Below are positions 13,430 to 28,206 of a stretch of DNA of 64,000 bases, one piece after another. The position numbers and the translations under genes were made by a program. The notes beneath the pieces are model-generated. The model worked only from the letters and a program-made list of their open reading frames with translations. It did not search any database and was not told the DNA's origin. Source of the DNA: the human T2T-CHM13v2.0 reference genome, Homo sapiens; NCBI RefSeq assembly GCF_009914755.1, contig NC_060941.1; one strand, given 5' to 3'. Within the stretch, counting starts at the first letter, position 1, and each line of letters opens with the position of its first letter.

Positions 13430-13520
13430 CCCTGTCAGCTGCTCACTCCTTTCCAGAGACAAAACAGGAATAATAGACATCATTAAATATACATAGGGCC
13501 CCAGGCGGTCGGCGTGGTGG
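13430..13520 (+). promoter_or_regulatory. MYO15A: MYO15A core promoter region
   Basis: AT-rich TATA-like TAAATATA at 13484-13491, about 30 nt before the inferred exon 1 start; E-box CAGCTG at 13436. Confidence 0.55.
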
Positions 13521-13637
13521 GCTGGGCCTCCCTTCCCCATAACACTGAGCTGCTCTGCTGGGCCAACCGTGCTCCTGGGCCAGCCAGAGGACCCCCATGA
13601 GGCGGCATGCAGGCGGGGAGCAGGCCACAGAACGCAG
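13519..13637 (+). other. MYO15A: MYO15A non-coding exon 1 (start approximate)
   Basis: Strong donor CAG|gtaagg at 13637/13638; length recalled from the RefSeq 5'UTR. Confidence 0.75.
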
Positions 13638-15870
13638 GTAAGGAGACCTTAGCCTAGAGTCCTTGGGGTCTGTCACTGGCCACCCTCGCATCCCAGGCTG
13701 CAGGGGTGATAAGGGAAGGGGCAGCAGCAGAGCTGGGGCCTCGCCCCTAACTCATCTTGAGGCCCTTCTCTGCCTCACTTTGTTCATCTGTGAGGGGTGT
13801 GATGCCCATGCAGTCCCCTCCTGGCGATGGTGGGATACCAAGACAGGCAGGGCCTCTGTGGCTTACCTCGGCCCCTCTCCTGACTGTCCTGATGCCTGGC
13901 CATGAGGCCCTAAGTGAGGGTTTCTGCCTGGCTGGTGGCCATTCCCACTTCCACTTTACAGGTAGGGGCTCTGGGCCCAGGGTGAGGTAGGGAAGGCCTT
14001 GAGTTCACAGGGTGTCAGGGTGAGTCCAGACCTTGGATTAGATCCAGACCTGTTTTGTCCCCAAGGCTGGCTGGCAAAGGGTGGGAAATGAGGCCAGAGG
14101 CTGGGGGTCCTCAGGCAGTGAGGGCTCAGGTGAGAGGCTCCAGCCACTGGGCCACAAGTTCCTCACCGTGGATGGGCTTGTTCCTGGGCTAGATCTGTGT
14201 GCGCGTGGATCAGGGCAGGCACTGCGGCTCTGTTATGTCCTGGGCTTTCTGGATCTGTGGTCAGGATGGTTGCGCAGTCTACATTTGCTTGTGAGAGAGC
14301 GAGCAAGGGATCCTGCAGCTGCGTATGCCCAGGTCAGTGTGAAGTGGCAGCTTGCGGTGCCTTTAGGGCTGGGGAAGCTCCCTAAGACCCCCCAAAGGTC
14401 TCTGACCCTCCCATCCCCGCACCTGGGTAAGCTCCAGGCTTGGGCCTCACCCTGTCAGCCACCTTGTTCTCATCACCCTCCCTGATGATCACAGGCAGGG
14501 GTCTGCACCCTCACTCAGGCCCATGCCCAGGCAGCAGAGTTGCATTCATCTCCCAGCTGGCATCCCTGCAGCCTCCCGGGGGTAGTATGGCCTGCAGCTT
14601 TAGAAGACTCAGGTACATAGGAGCCAAAGACATGAATATTCATCTATCTGTCCCACACGTGTGCGTTCACTCATTCTCCGTCTTTCTTCCTCTCCAGCTT
14701 AGATTCCACAGTTTCTCATTTCGGAACCCTCCTTTGGCAAGAAAGCCGAGTCGAGACCCTCTCCTTCCCACTCTGTCCCTCTCCTAGACAGCTCACCTGA
14801 CCTCCAGCTTCCATCTCGCCAGACCTGGGTCCGAGCAGCCTTTTTGACTCTCCACTGCACTGTCCTGTAGCCATCCCAAGCCCACCGTGTCCCAGACCAA
14901 ACATGGCGTTCCCATACCCCCGGCCTCACCTCAGAGACACTCCCCGCACCCCCCAGCTGCACCAAGCCAACCCCAAGACTACTTGTCTCCACCCTCATCC
15001 CAGCCCCATCTAGCCTCTCACCAGGGCCAGCCTGTTTCACCTCATCCTGAATGTGTCCACTGTACACCATCACAGCATGCTCCCAGCTGTGTCATTGTCC
15101 CCTCTCCATTCTTTTCCACATGGCAGCCCGAGCTTCTTTTTATAATATTTTCTAAGAAGCCATGTGAGGCAGTGGTTGAGACTGTGGACACTCTGAAGCC
15201 AGACTGCCCAGGCTTAACTCCACCTTCAAGCTGTGTCACTCACATAACCTCTCTGGGCCCATGTCCTCATCTGTAAAGTGGGAAGAGTAACCACACCGAC
15301 TTCAGGAGGTTGTAGTGAGAGTTGAGGTCTGTGTGGCCTGGCCGTTCTGAGCACAGGTCTTGCAGTCAGGGACACAGGCCCCATGGCTTCCTCACTGTGG
15401 GCTCTCGGCTGAGGGATCTAACCTCTCTAAGATCAAGCCCTTCATCTATGTGAGAATCTAGTGAGATATTCCAGAAAAGCATTTAGTACCAAGCCTGGCA
15501 CATAGTAAACATCTGGAAATGCGAAACAGTGACCAAAGTCCCATCCCTTTCACGGCCATTGGGCTAGTCCCTGCCTGCCACCCTGGCCACCTCTCATTTC
15601 ACATGCCCTCAATCACTCTGCTCCAGCCATAGGACTGTCCTTGAAGCCCCTCTTACCACCTGACCTTTGCACATGCTGTTCCACTTGCCAGGAATACTGT
15701 TCCTTCTTCCATGTTATAAGCTCCCTCTTATCCTTCAGATCTTGGCTCAGGGTTGCCTTGTCAGCAGAATCTTCCTGGACCTCCAGTGCAGTGTTTGGGC
15801 ATCTGTGGGTCATGCCCTGACCTTCACAGCTCTTCTTGTTGATGTGACTCTGCTTAAAGTCTGCATCCAG

Positions 15871-16224
<354 letters not shown>

Positions 16225-17206
16225 TCATGTCTGGTTCCACTTAACTCTGCGAACCCCAAGTGCCCTGCACAGTGCTTGGCACATAATAGATGCACAACTA
16301 ATGCACAAGTAATATTTAAGGAATGAATGAATGAGAGACTTGCTCCCTGACACCCGCTCTGTGCCTGCACAGAGGATGGGGACCCTGAGAGGAAGGCAGG
16401 ACCTGGAACCTACCAGAGAAGGGGCAGCCTCAGCTGACTACTATCCTGAGGTCAAGCCTGGGACCCAGAGACCAGGAGGGATCAGGTGGGCAGGACTTGC
16501 TGCCAGCAGTCACCCAGACCTCCTCACTCAGAGCAGACAGGCAGCAGCCTGTAGCAACGACGTTGGCAGTCATAACAACAGCTGCTTGCCCAGGCCAGCC
16601 ACTGTGCCCGGCTCTCCGCTATCTCATGTAATGCCCAGGTCAGCCCTGGTAAGGGAGGCATCTACACTCACAGATGAGGAGACTCCAACGCTGAGGCTGC
16701 ATGACTTGCTATGGGTCAGATCCAGGAGAGGAATGAGACCTGACCCAGAGCTCTGAGCCACTGGGCTCCACGTCCCCTGGGCTAGAGCTGGGCTTGCCTC
16801 TCTGAGAGGCAGGTTCTTCATCTGGACAATGGGGCTTTGCAGTGGAAAGATGCCTGCCTGAGGCTTTGAGGCAGGACTTGGGCAAGCCCGCTAGAGAATG
16901 GTGGCCTCTCAGCCTTTCTTCTGGACAGACAGACAAGGCTCCCCTACTTGGGGCAGACAGAAGGTATGGCTCTGGGAGGTGCTCTTGGGCCTGAAGGGCC
17001 AGCCCTGCCCTGCTTCTCCCCAGCAAGTCTCTGACCTCTCTCTGCTTCACTTTCAACAAATGTAACAAATGTTACATGACACTGGGGTGGGGGTGGGGTT
17101 GGACCTGTGACATCTCAGGTCCCTGACATTCTTCCTGAGAGCCCCTCTAAAGTGGTGTTTCCACTCAGTCTCCAATCCCTTTTTTTTTCCATTTTCACAT
17201 ATACAC

Positions 17207-17518
17207 TTTTTTGGGGGGTGGTGGGGGACAGGGTCTCGCACCGTCACACAGGCTGGATTGCAGTGGTGCAATCTTGGCTCACTGCAACCTCCACATCCTG
17301 AGTTCAAGTGATTCTTCTGCCTCAGCCACCACACTGTGCATATCTGTAGCTGGGATTACAGGTGTGCACCACCATGTTCGGCTGATTTTTGTATTTTTAG
17401 TAGAGACAGGGTTTTGCCATATTGTCTGGGCTGGTCTTGAACTCCTAGCTTCGAGTGATCCACCTGCCTCGGCCTCCCGAAGTGCTGGGACTACAGGTGT
17501 GAGCCAGCGCACCTGGCC
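17207..17518 (-). mobile_element. Alu
   Basis: Reverse Alu with a small internal insertion. Confidence 0.9.
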
Positions 17519-17598
17519 CACATTTACACTTTTAAATGTTACATTTTTTTTTGGTTTTTGACTCAGAAATGCATTCATATGGATAAAAATCAAACTAA

Positions 17599-17957
<359 letters not shown>

Positions 17958-17967
17958 GCTGTATTTC

Positions 17968-18241
17968 TTTTGTTTGTTTTGACACAGAGTCTTGCTCTGT
18001 GTCAGAGGCTGGAGTGCAGTGGCATGATCACAACTCACTGCAGCCTCAAAATCCTGGCTCAAGCGATCCTCCCACTTCAGCCTCCTGAGTAGCTGGGCCT
18101 ACAGGTGCTTGCCACCTGTAATTTTTCGGTTTGTTATCTAGGGACAGGGTCTCGTTATATTGCCTGGGCTAGTTTCAAACTCCTGGGCTCCTCCCATCTC
18201 AGCTTTTCAAAGTGCCCAGGCATGAGCCACTGCTCCTGGCT
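17968..18241 (-). mobile_element. Alu (J-like)
   Basis: Diverged reverse Alu. Confidence 0.88.
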
Positions 18242-18280
18242 GCAGTATTTCTAATATGGAAATAAAAAAGCAAACACAAG

Positions 18281-18562
18281 CTGAGCATGGTGGCTCAGTG
18301 GCTCATGCCTATAATCCCAGCACTTTGGGAGGATGAGGTGGGCAGATCACTTGAGGCCAGGAGTTCAAGACCAGCCCGGCCAACATGGCAAAACCCTGTC
18401 CCTACTAAAAATACAAAAATTAGTCAGGCATGGTGGTGCATGCCTGTAATTCCAGCTACTCAGGAAGCTGAGGCCTAGGAGGTGGAGGTTGCAGTGAGCT
18501 GAGATCGCATCACTGCTCTCCAGCCCGGTTGACGGAGTGAGACTGTCTCAAAAAAAAAAAAA
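18281..18562 (+). mobile_element. Alu
   Basis: Forward Alu with A tail. Confidence 0.92.
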
Positions 18563-18605
18563 GGCAAACATAAGAATACAAACTTATATTCTTACCACCT
18601 CCCCT

Positions 18606-18606
<1 letters not shown>

Positions 18607-18650
<44 letters not shown>
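18607..18650. repeat. (AC)22 microsatellite
   Basis: Read directly from the sequence. Confidence 0.97.
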
Positions 18651-18660
<10 letters not shown>

Positions 18661-19014
18661 TTCCTACAGAAAGGCCTCAGTAAACACTGTAGTCAACAGG
18701 CTGATCTGCAGCCTGCTTCCTGCACTAGCAGGTCCTGGAGATCGCTCCCTATCAGGACACAGAGATCGTCCACATTCCTTGTTATAGCTGTGTTGTGTTC
18801 CATCCTGGAATGCATTGTGGTGTACTGCAGCAATGAGCAGCTCTGTTTGTGTGTCCTTACCCATAAGGACGTGTAAGAGAGATCCCCAGGGGTGGATTAC
18901 TTGCATCCTTCCTTCCTTCCCTCCCTCTTGTCCTTTTTCTTTTTTAAAACAATCAATATATAATCCGCACTCCATACAATTCACCCATCAAAGTGTACAA
19001 TGCTGTGGTTTTAG

Positions 19015-19367
<353 letters not shown>

Positions 19368-19389
19368 CTGGTCCTGTCTTTCTTGAAAC

Positions 19390-20930
<1,541 letters not shown>

Positions 20931-21454
20931 CTGGCTCAGGACCCTTAGGGAAAGGGGCCAGGCTGACTGAGGAATCCAGGTTGGGGTAGCGGTGGGCAAG
21001 CACTGGAGAGGCCTTGGTGCCTGTTGGAGGCCCAGCTGGGCTCTGGTTTGCCCAGTGGCTTGGTCAGGGCCCTCCCCCTCCAGGCAGGAGCAGGTTGTGG
21101 GGTTAGCACGACTATGCTCCTGGCTCTGCCCAGTGTCCTAAGCCACTCTAAACCCAGTGATGACCCAGGAGCTCAGCGGGCAGGAGGGCCTAGTAAGGGA
21201 GGTAGCTCTGGACCCGGCCAGGCCTGGGTTCTACCTTCCCAAGCCAGGTGGCCTCGAGCAAGTCCCTTCATCTTTTGAGTCTGAGTTTCCTCATCCGGAG
21301 AATGGATATACTAATAGCTCATATCTCACAGACCTGCTGTGAGAGTCCCATGAGACCACTGTGCAACACACCTGACTGGGGCCTCACTTTGGAAACTGGC
21401 TCCAAGAGGAGCTGGGGCAGTTGTTCATATCTCCAGGCTCAGAAAGAATGTCTC

Positions 21455-21785
<331 letters not shown>

Positions 21786-23394
21786 TCAAGCGGGCAAGAG
21801 CCACTGCCCAAAAACAGAAGGGAGAGTGGGCAGCCCCTCAAACTCCTGCTGTGCAGGAGGCCCACTTCCTGCACGTATCCCCTAACTCGCTCCAAAAGCC
21901 CTCCATCCAATTTCTCTGGTTTCCATCAAGCCCCACTCCCCATCCCTGTGAGACTGCCTGCACCAGGCACCAACAGCCCCTGGTGCAACTCCTCTGAGTG
22001 GCTGGGCACTGACTGGCTCCAGGTGAATCTTGGGGAGGAGGAGCAGGAAGAAGAGGAAAGTGAAGAGCCAGAGAAAGTGAGCAGGGGGAAGAGGCAGACA
22101 GAGAGGGGGAGACCTCACTTGCTGCATGGTCCCCTCTCTGCTCCTGCCACTTACCTGGGAAGGCCTCACCCTGTCCCTGTTTCACAGCTGAGCACGTTGA
22201 GGCTCTGAAGCCACTGATCTGAGGGCGTGGAGCTGGCAAGTGGCAGAACCAGGGCCAGAACCTTGCTGCTTTGGGGTCTCCTATGCTAAACCTTAAACAA
22301 CCAAAGAATTAGCTCTGGGACCAAAAGAGTGAACCAGAGTTCAGTGAGTTGAGGTCCATCTTGAGGAGGAAGAGGAGGAGGAGAGCTGGTTCTGAGGCTT
22401 CAGGTCTCAGAGCTGCCACTCCCCACCTCCGCTGGCCTGCCCAGTTTTTCCCACCCCCTACCTCTTTTAGTGCAGGTTCTCAAAAGTGAGTTAGACTGGC
22501 CACCAACCAGACTTTGGACATGCAGCCTTAGGTCAGGCCATATGAAGCAATCAGCTATGCCCAGAGAAGGCAGTAACCACATGGCCACAGCCTACTCAGC
22601 CAGGGCAGAAAGTAAGAGGAGAGGACAGGGCTAGGCAGGGACCCCAGAAAGGAGCCAGCAGGAGGCATCTCCAGTTACCCAGCAGCTCCATCAGGTCTTG
22701 CTTCCTTTTGGTGAAGGAGATGGGGCATAGCTTATCACTCCCATTCTTCAGAGGAAACTGAGGCCCAGAGAGGACAAGGACTTTCCTGGACCCACACAGC
22801 CAGTCAGTGACAGAGCCTAGGGTCTGAGCCAGGCCTGACCCAACCTCCATTTCTGCCTCTCTACCCCTGCCCCCGCCCCAACACACACACACACACAAGT
22901 GGAGTTCCACTGAAACGCCCCTCCTTGCCCTGCCTTCTGAGCCGGCAGCCTGGCTCCCCACCCCATGTATTATTCAGCTCCTGAGAGCCAGCCAGCTCCT
23001 GTTACACTGACCGCAGCCCAGCACCTGCTCTGCCCATTCCCCTCCTCCCTTGCCTAGGACCTAGAGGGTTCAAAGTTCTCCTCCAAGATGACTTGGTGGG
23101 CTTTGACCATCCCACCCTAGGCCCCACTTCTGGCCCAGTGCAGGTGTGCTGGTGATTTAGGGCAGGTGGCATTCCATCTCTGTGGCTCAATGTCTTCCTC
23201 TGTGAAGCCGAAGTGACCCAAGGGCTCCCTTCATGGGGTTGAGCCAGCTGTGGCCCAGGGAGGGCCTAACCAGGATGAGCACTGATGTTGCCATGACGAC
23301 TCCGAGGCCAGAATGTCTCCCCCAGCACAGGCCTCATAGGCAGGCTTCCCCATCCTGGTAAACAACACCCACACACTTTCCACTACTGCTCTAG

Positions 23395-23613
23395 GGTGAA
23401 ACCCAAGGCGCTCTAGAGGAGATGAATTATGGATCCGCCCTCCCGGAATCCTGGCTCGGCCCTCCCCACGCCACCCAGGGCCAGTCGGGTCTGCTCACAG
23501 CCCGAGGAGGCCGCGTGTCCAGCCGCGGGCAAGAGACCGAGCAGGTCCCTGTGTCTCCAAGTCCCTGAGCCCGTGACACCGGCCCCAGGCCCTGTAGAGA
23601 GCAGGCAGCCACC
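23395..23613 (+). other. MYO15A: MYO15A exon 2, 5'UTR part (219 nt)
   Basis: Acceptor ctctag|GGTGAA; ideal Kozak GCCACCATGG at 23608-23617. Confidence 0.85.
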
Positions 23614-26400
23614 ATGGCGAAGGAGGAAGATGAGGAGAAGAAAGCCAAGAAAGGGAAGAAGGGGAAGAAGGCACCGGAGCCGGAGAAGCCCAAACGGAGC
23701 CTGAAGGGGACGTCGCGGCTGTTCATGGGCTTCCGCGACCGTACACCCAAGATCTCCAAGAAGGGCCAGTTCCGCAGCGCCTCGGCCTTCTTCTGGGGCC
23801 TCCACACCGGCCCCCAGAAGACCAAGCGCAAGAGGAAGGCCCGCACCGTGCTCAAGTCCACGTCAAAGCTCATGACGCAGATGCGCATGGGCAAGAAGAA
23901 GCGGGCGATGAAGGGCAAGAAGCCGTCCTTCATGGTGATCCGCTTCCCAGGCCGCCGTGGCTACGGCCGCCTGCGGCCGCGCGCCCGGTCACTCAGCAAA
24001 GCGTCCACGGCCATCAACTGGCTCACAAAAAAGTTCCTCCTCAAGAAGGCCGAGGAGTCGGGCAGCGAACAGGCCACAGTGGACGCCTGGCTGCAGCGCT
24101 CGAGCTCCCGCATGGGCTCCCGCAAACTCCCCTTCCCGTCGGGTGCCGAGATCCTGCGGCCTGGGGGCCGGCTCCGGAGGTTCCCCCGCAGCCGCAGCAT
24201 CTACGCGTCAGGCGAGCCCCTGGGCTTCCTGCCCTTCGAGGACGAGGCCCCATTCCATCACTCGGGCTCCCGCAAGTCGCTGTACGGGCTTGAGGGCTTC
24301 CAGGACCTGGGCGAGTATTATGACTATCACCGCGACGGCGACGACTACTACGACCGGCAGTCACTCCACCGCTACGAGGAGCAGGAACCCTACCTGGCGG
24401 GCCTCGGCCCCTACAGCCCGGCCTGGCCACCCTACGGCGACCACTACTACGGGTACCCGCCCGAGGATCCCTACGACTACTACCACCCCGACTATTACGG
24501 TGGCCCCTTTGATCCGGGGTACACCTACGGCTACGGCTACGACGATTACGAACCCCCATATGCGCCCCCGTCGGGGTACTCGTCTCCTTACAGCTACCAC
24601 GATGGGTACGAGGGCGAGGCGCACCCTTATGGCTACTACCTGGATCCCTATGCGCCGTACGACGCGCCATACCCACCCTATGACCTCCCATACCACACTC
24701 CCTACGATGTACCCTACTTTGATCCCTACGGAGTCCACTACACCGTCCCCTATGCCGAAGGCGTCTATGGCGGTGGGGACGAGGCCATCTACCCCCCCGA
24801 GGTGCCCTATTTTTACCCGGAGGAGTCGGCTTCGGCCTTTGTGTACCCCTGGGTACCACCGCCCATCCCGTCGCCCCACAACCCGTATGCCCACGCCATG
24901 GATGACATCGCCGAGCTGGAGGAACCAGAGGACGCGGGCGTAGAGCGTCAGGGGACCTCCTTCCGCCTGCCCAGCGCCGCCTTCTTCGAGCAGCAAGGCA
25001 TGGATAAGCCCGCCAGGTCCAAGCTGTCCCTCATCCGCAAGTTCCGCCTCTTCCCGCGACCCCAGGTGAAGCTGTTTGGGAAGGAGAAGCTGGAGGTGCC
25101 CCTGCCACCCTCTCTGGACATTCCTCTCCCCTTGGGGGATGCGGACGAAGAAGAGGACGAGGAGGAGCTGCCCCCGGTTTCCGCTGTGCCCTACGGCCAC
25201 CCTTTCTGGGGCTTCCTCACGCCGCGCCAGCGCAACCTCCAGCGCGCGCTGTCGGCCTTCGGCGCCCACCGGGGCCTGGGCTTCGGCCCTGAGTTTGGCC
25301 GCCCCGTGCCTCGCCCTGCCACCTCGCTTGCGCGGTTCCTCAAGAAGACGCTGTCGGAGAAGAAGCCCATCGCGCGGCTCAGGGGCAGCCAGAAGACCCG
25401 GGCGGGCGGCCCTGCTGTCAGGGAGGCGGCCTACAAACGCTTCGGCTACAAGCTGGCTGGCATGGACCCCGAGAAGCCCGGCACGCCCATCGTGCTGAGG
25501 AGGGCCCAGCCGCGCGCTCGCAGCAGCAACGACGCGCGCCGCCCGCCCGCGCCACAGCCCGCGCCCAGGACCCTCTCCCACTGGAGCGCGCTCCTGTCTC
25601 CGCCCGTGCCCCCGCGGCCCCCAAGCTCCGGGCCCCCGCCCGCGCCGCCGCTCTCCCCGGCGCTCTCGGGCCTGCCCCGGCCGGCCTCGCCCTACGGCTC
25701 CCTCCGCCGCCACCCGCCGCCCTGGGCCGCCCCAGCGCACGTGCCACCGGCGCCGCAGGCCAGCTGGTGGGCCTTCGTGGAGCCCCCTGCCGTGAGCCCG
25801 GAGGTGCCCCCCGACCTACTAGCCTTCCCAGGGCCCCGACCCTCGTTCAGGGGCTCCCGCCGGAGAGGGGCGGCTTTCGGCTTCCCCGGGGCCTCTCCAC
25901 GGGCGTCGCGGAGGCGAGCTTGGTCACCGCTGGCCTCGCCCCAGCCCTCGCTGAGGAGCTCGCCGGGCCTCGGCTACTGCTCACCCTTGGCGCCCCCGTC
26001 GCCTCAGCTGTCCTTGCGCACGGGCCCCTTCCAGCCGCCCTTCCTGCCCCCGGCCCGCCGGCCCCGCTCGCTGCCGGAGTCCCCAGCCCCACGCCGAGCC
26101 GCTGGGCGCCTGGGCCCACCCGGCTCGCCGCTGCCGGGCTCACCCAGGCCGCCCTCGCCGCCCCTGGGGCTCTGCCACAGCCCGCGGCGCAGCTCCCTGA
26201 ATCTGCCCTCGCGCCTCCCGCACACGTGGCGGCGCCTCAGCGAGCCACCCACTCGGGCTGTGAAGCCGCAAGTGCGCCTGCCCTTCCACCGACCGCCCAG
26301 GGCCGGGGCCTGGCGGGCGCCCCTGGAACACCGGGAGAGCCCGCGAGAACCCGAGGACTCAGAGACGCCCTGGACTGTGCCCCCACTGGCCCCCAGCTGG
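23450..26400. promoter_or_regulatory. Intragenic CpG island over MYO15A exon 2
   Basis: Very high GC content and CpG density compared with the flanking introns (visual estimate). Confidence 0.8.
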
Positions 26401-27222
26401 GACGTGGACATGCCTCCCACCCAACGCCCACCCTCCCCCTGGCCAGGAGGTGCAGGCAGCCGCCGAGGCTTTTCCAGGCCACCCCCTGTGCCGGAAAACC
26501 CCTTTCTCCAGCTCCTGGGCCCTGTGCCATCCCCCACCCTCCAGCCTGAGGATCCAGCTGCTGATATGACCAGGGTCTTCCTGGGCAGACACCATGAGCC
26601 GGGGCCTGGACAGCTCACCAAATCAGCTGGCCCAACCCCTGAGAAGCCTGAAGAAGAGGCCACCCTGGGGGACCCCCAGCTGCCAGCAGAGACCAAGCCT
26701 CCAACCCCAGCACCTCCCAAGGATGTCACTCCCCCCAAGGATATCACTCCCCCCAAGGATGTCCTCCCAGAGCAAAAGACATTAAGGCCCAGCCTCTCAT
26801 ACCCACTGGCTGCGTGTGACCAGACCAGGGCCACATGGCCACCATGGCACCGCTGGGGAACACTGCCCCAAGCCGCAGCCCCCTTGGCGCCCATCAGGGC
26901 CCCAGAGCCCCTGCCCAAGGGGGGTGAACGGCGCCAGGCAGCCCCTGGGCGTTTTGCTGTGGTCATGCCTCGTGTGCAGAAGCTGAGCTCTTTCCAGCGA
27001 GTTGGGCCTGCAACCCTGAAGCCTCAAGTCCAGCCCATTCAGGACCCCAAGCCAAGAGCCTGTAGTCTTCGCTGGTCCTGCCTCTGGCTTCGGGCAGATG
27101 CCTATGGACCCTGGCCACGAGTACACACCCATCCCCAGTCCTGCCACCTGGGCCCTGGAGCTGCCTGCCTGTCCCTTAGGGGCTCCTGGGAGGAGGTCGG
27201 CCCGCCAAGCTGGCGGAACAAG
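23614..27222 (+). CDS. MYO15A: MYO15A exon 2, coding part: 1203-aa N-terminal extension (basic, Tyr/Pro-rich, Pro/Arg-rich)
   Basis: ORF MAKEEDEEKK...PPSWRNK; donor AAG|gtatgg, phase 0. Confidence 0.98.
26713..26766 (+). repeat. Coding 18-nt tandem repeat x3 (PPKDVT/PPKDIT/PPKDVL)
   Basis: Read directly from the sequence. Confidence 0.92.
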
Positions 27223-28056
27223 GTATGGAGGCACAGATTACAGGGAGGGTTTGAGGGTTCTGGCCTAGGAAACAGGGCAAGAGAGACAGCCTGAGGAGCC
27301 CTGTGCAACCTTGGAGAGAGGCTGCTTGCTGGGGCCTCAGTCTCTGGGTCTGTAAGTTGGGGAGAACAGCCTGGACCTCCCAGAACCTCTGGAGGGTTGA
27401 ACAAGGGGATGCCCAGCACAGGCAGGCCCAGGACAGAGACGTGGGAAACTGCTTCCAGGTCACTCTGGGGAAGGATCTTTGTTCATATTCGGCTTGGGCC
27501 CTGGGCAGCCCTGCCCTGATCCAATCTGGATGACAGGTCTGGCCCCTAACTTCCCCTCAGAGATTTTGGCCAAGCCAGATGTGAAACTGCCGGACATGCC
27601 TATCCATCCTGTTCCACCGCACATCCAGGTCTCTGCAGTTCCTCCTGCCTCCTACTGACCCTCCCCCAAATTAAAGCCTCCTGTTTCCTCAGGGTTTTTG
27701 CTGCCCTTTGAAGTCCCCTGGGCTGCAGGATTCTGGAATAGGTCAGGGTGAGGGGCTCAGGATCCAAACTTCCAGACTCCTCATTGCACAGAGGGAAAAC
27801 TGAACCAGGAGTCCTTCTGGAACCCCATGAGGGGTGCAGGGTAGGCAGCCCTTCGGATGGGTGCCCAGCCCATGCCTGGCTGCCACACTCAAGGTGGAAC
27901 TCGAGCCTGATGCTGGGTGGCCCTTGGCTGAGGTGCGTGGTCACCGGAGCCTCTCTCAGGATGCCGGGGTGGTGGGCGGGGCAAGCAGGGGCAGCAGGTG
28001 CGTCTCAGCCTCTGCAGACCATGCCTGGCGGAGCAGGCAGCCAGCCGGGCCCAACA

Positions 28057-28206
28057 ATGGCAACTGGGGCAGCCTGGCTGCTGAGGGGGCCCTGGCCCCG
28101 GCGGCGGATGCCCCGCGCTGTGTGGGCTGCAGCGTTGCGGGAGCGGGGCGCAGGGCGTCTAGGGGTGAGGGGCAAGGATGCCTGGGTCCTCCTTACCCTG
28201 GAATAC
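28057..28206 (+). CDS. MYO15A: MYO15A alternative first coding exon in intron 2 (50-aa N-terminus, isoform-3 type)
   Basis: Strong Kozak acaATGG; exactly 50 codons; donor TAC|gtgagt in phase 0, in frame with exon 3. Confidence 0.8.

Noticed and set aside
24700-24725. PYDVPY resembles the HA tag YPYDVPDYA
   Set aside because: Partial chance match inside a natural Tyr/Pro repeat. The DYA end is missing, so it is not an engineered tag.
23957-24943. 328-aa +1-frame ORF, Thr-rich
   Set aside because: Non-ATG start, and its composition is just the shifted TAC/GAC codons of the Tyr/Asp-rich frame
24361-25740. 459-aa antisense ORF over MYO15A exon 2 (also 24041-24859 and 26004-26966)
   Set aside because: The 459-aa ORF is codon-aligned with the sense frame, so its stops need sense TCA/TTA/CTA codons, which are rare in GC3-rich coding DNA. 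The others reflect the same GC richness. No independent gene signals.
27223-27294. ORF track extends the exon 2 ORF to 1226 aa
   Set aside because: The last 23 codons are read-through into intron 2, past the donor at 27222
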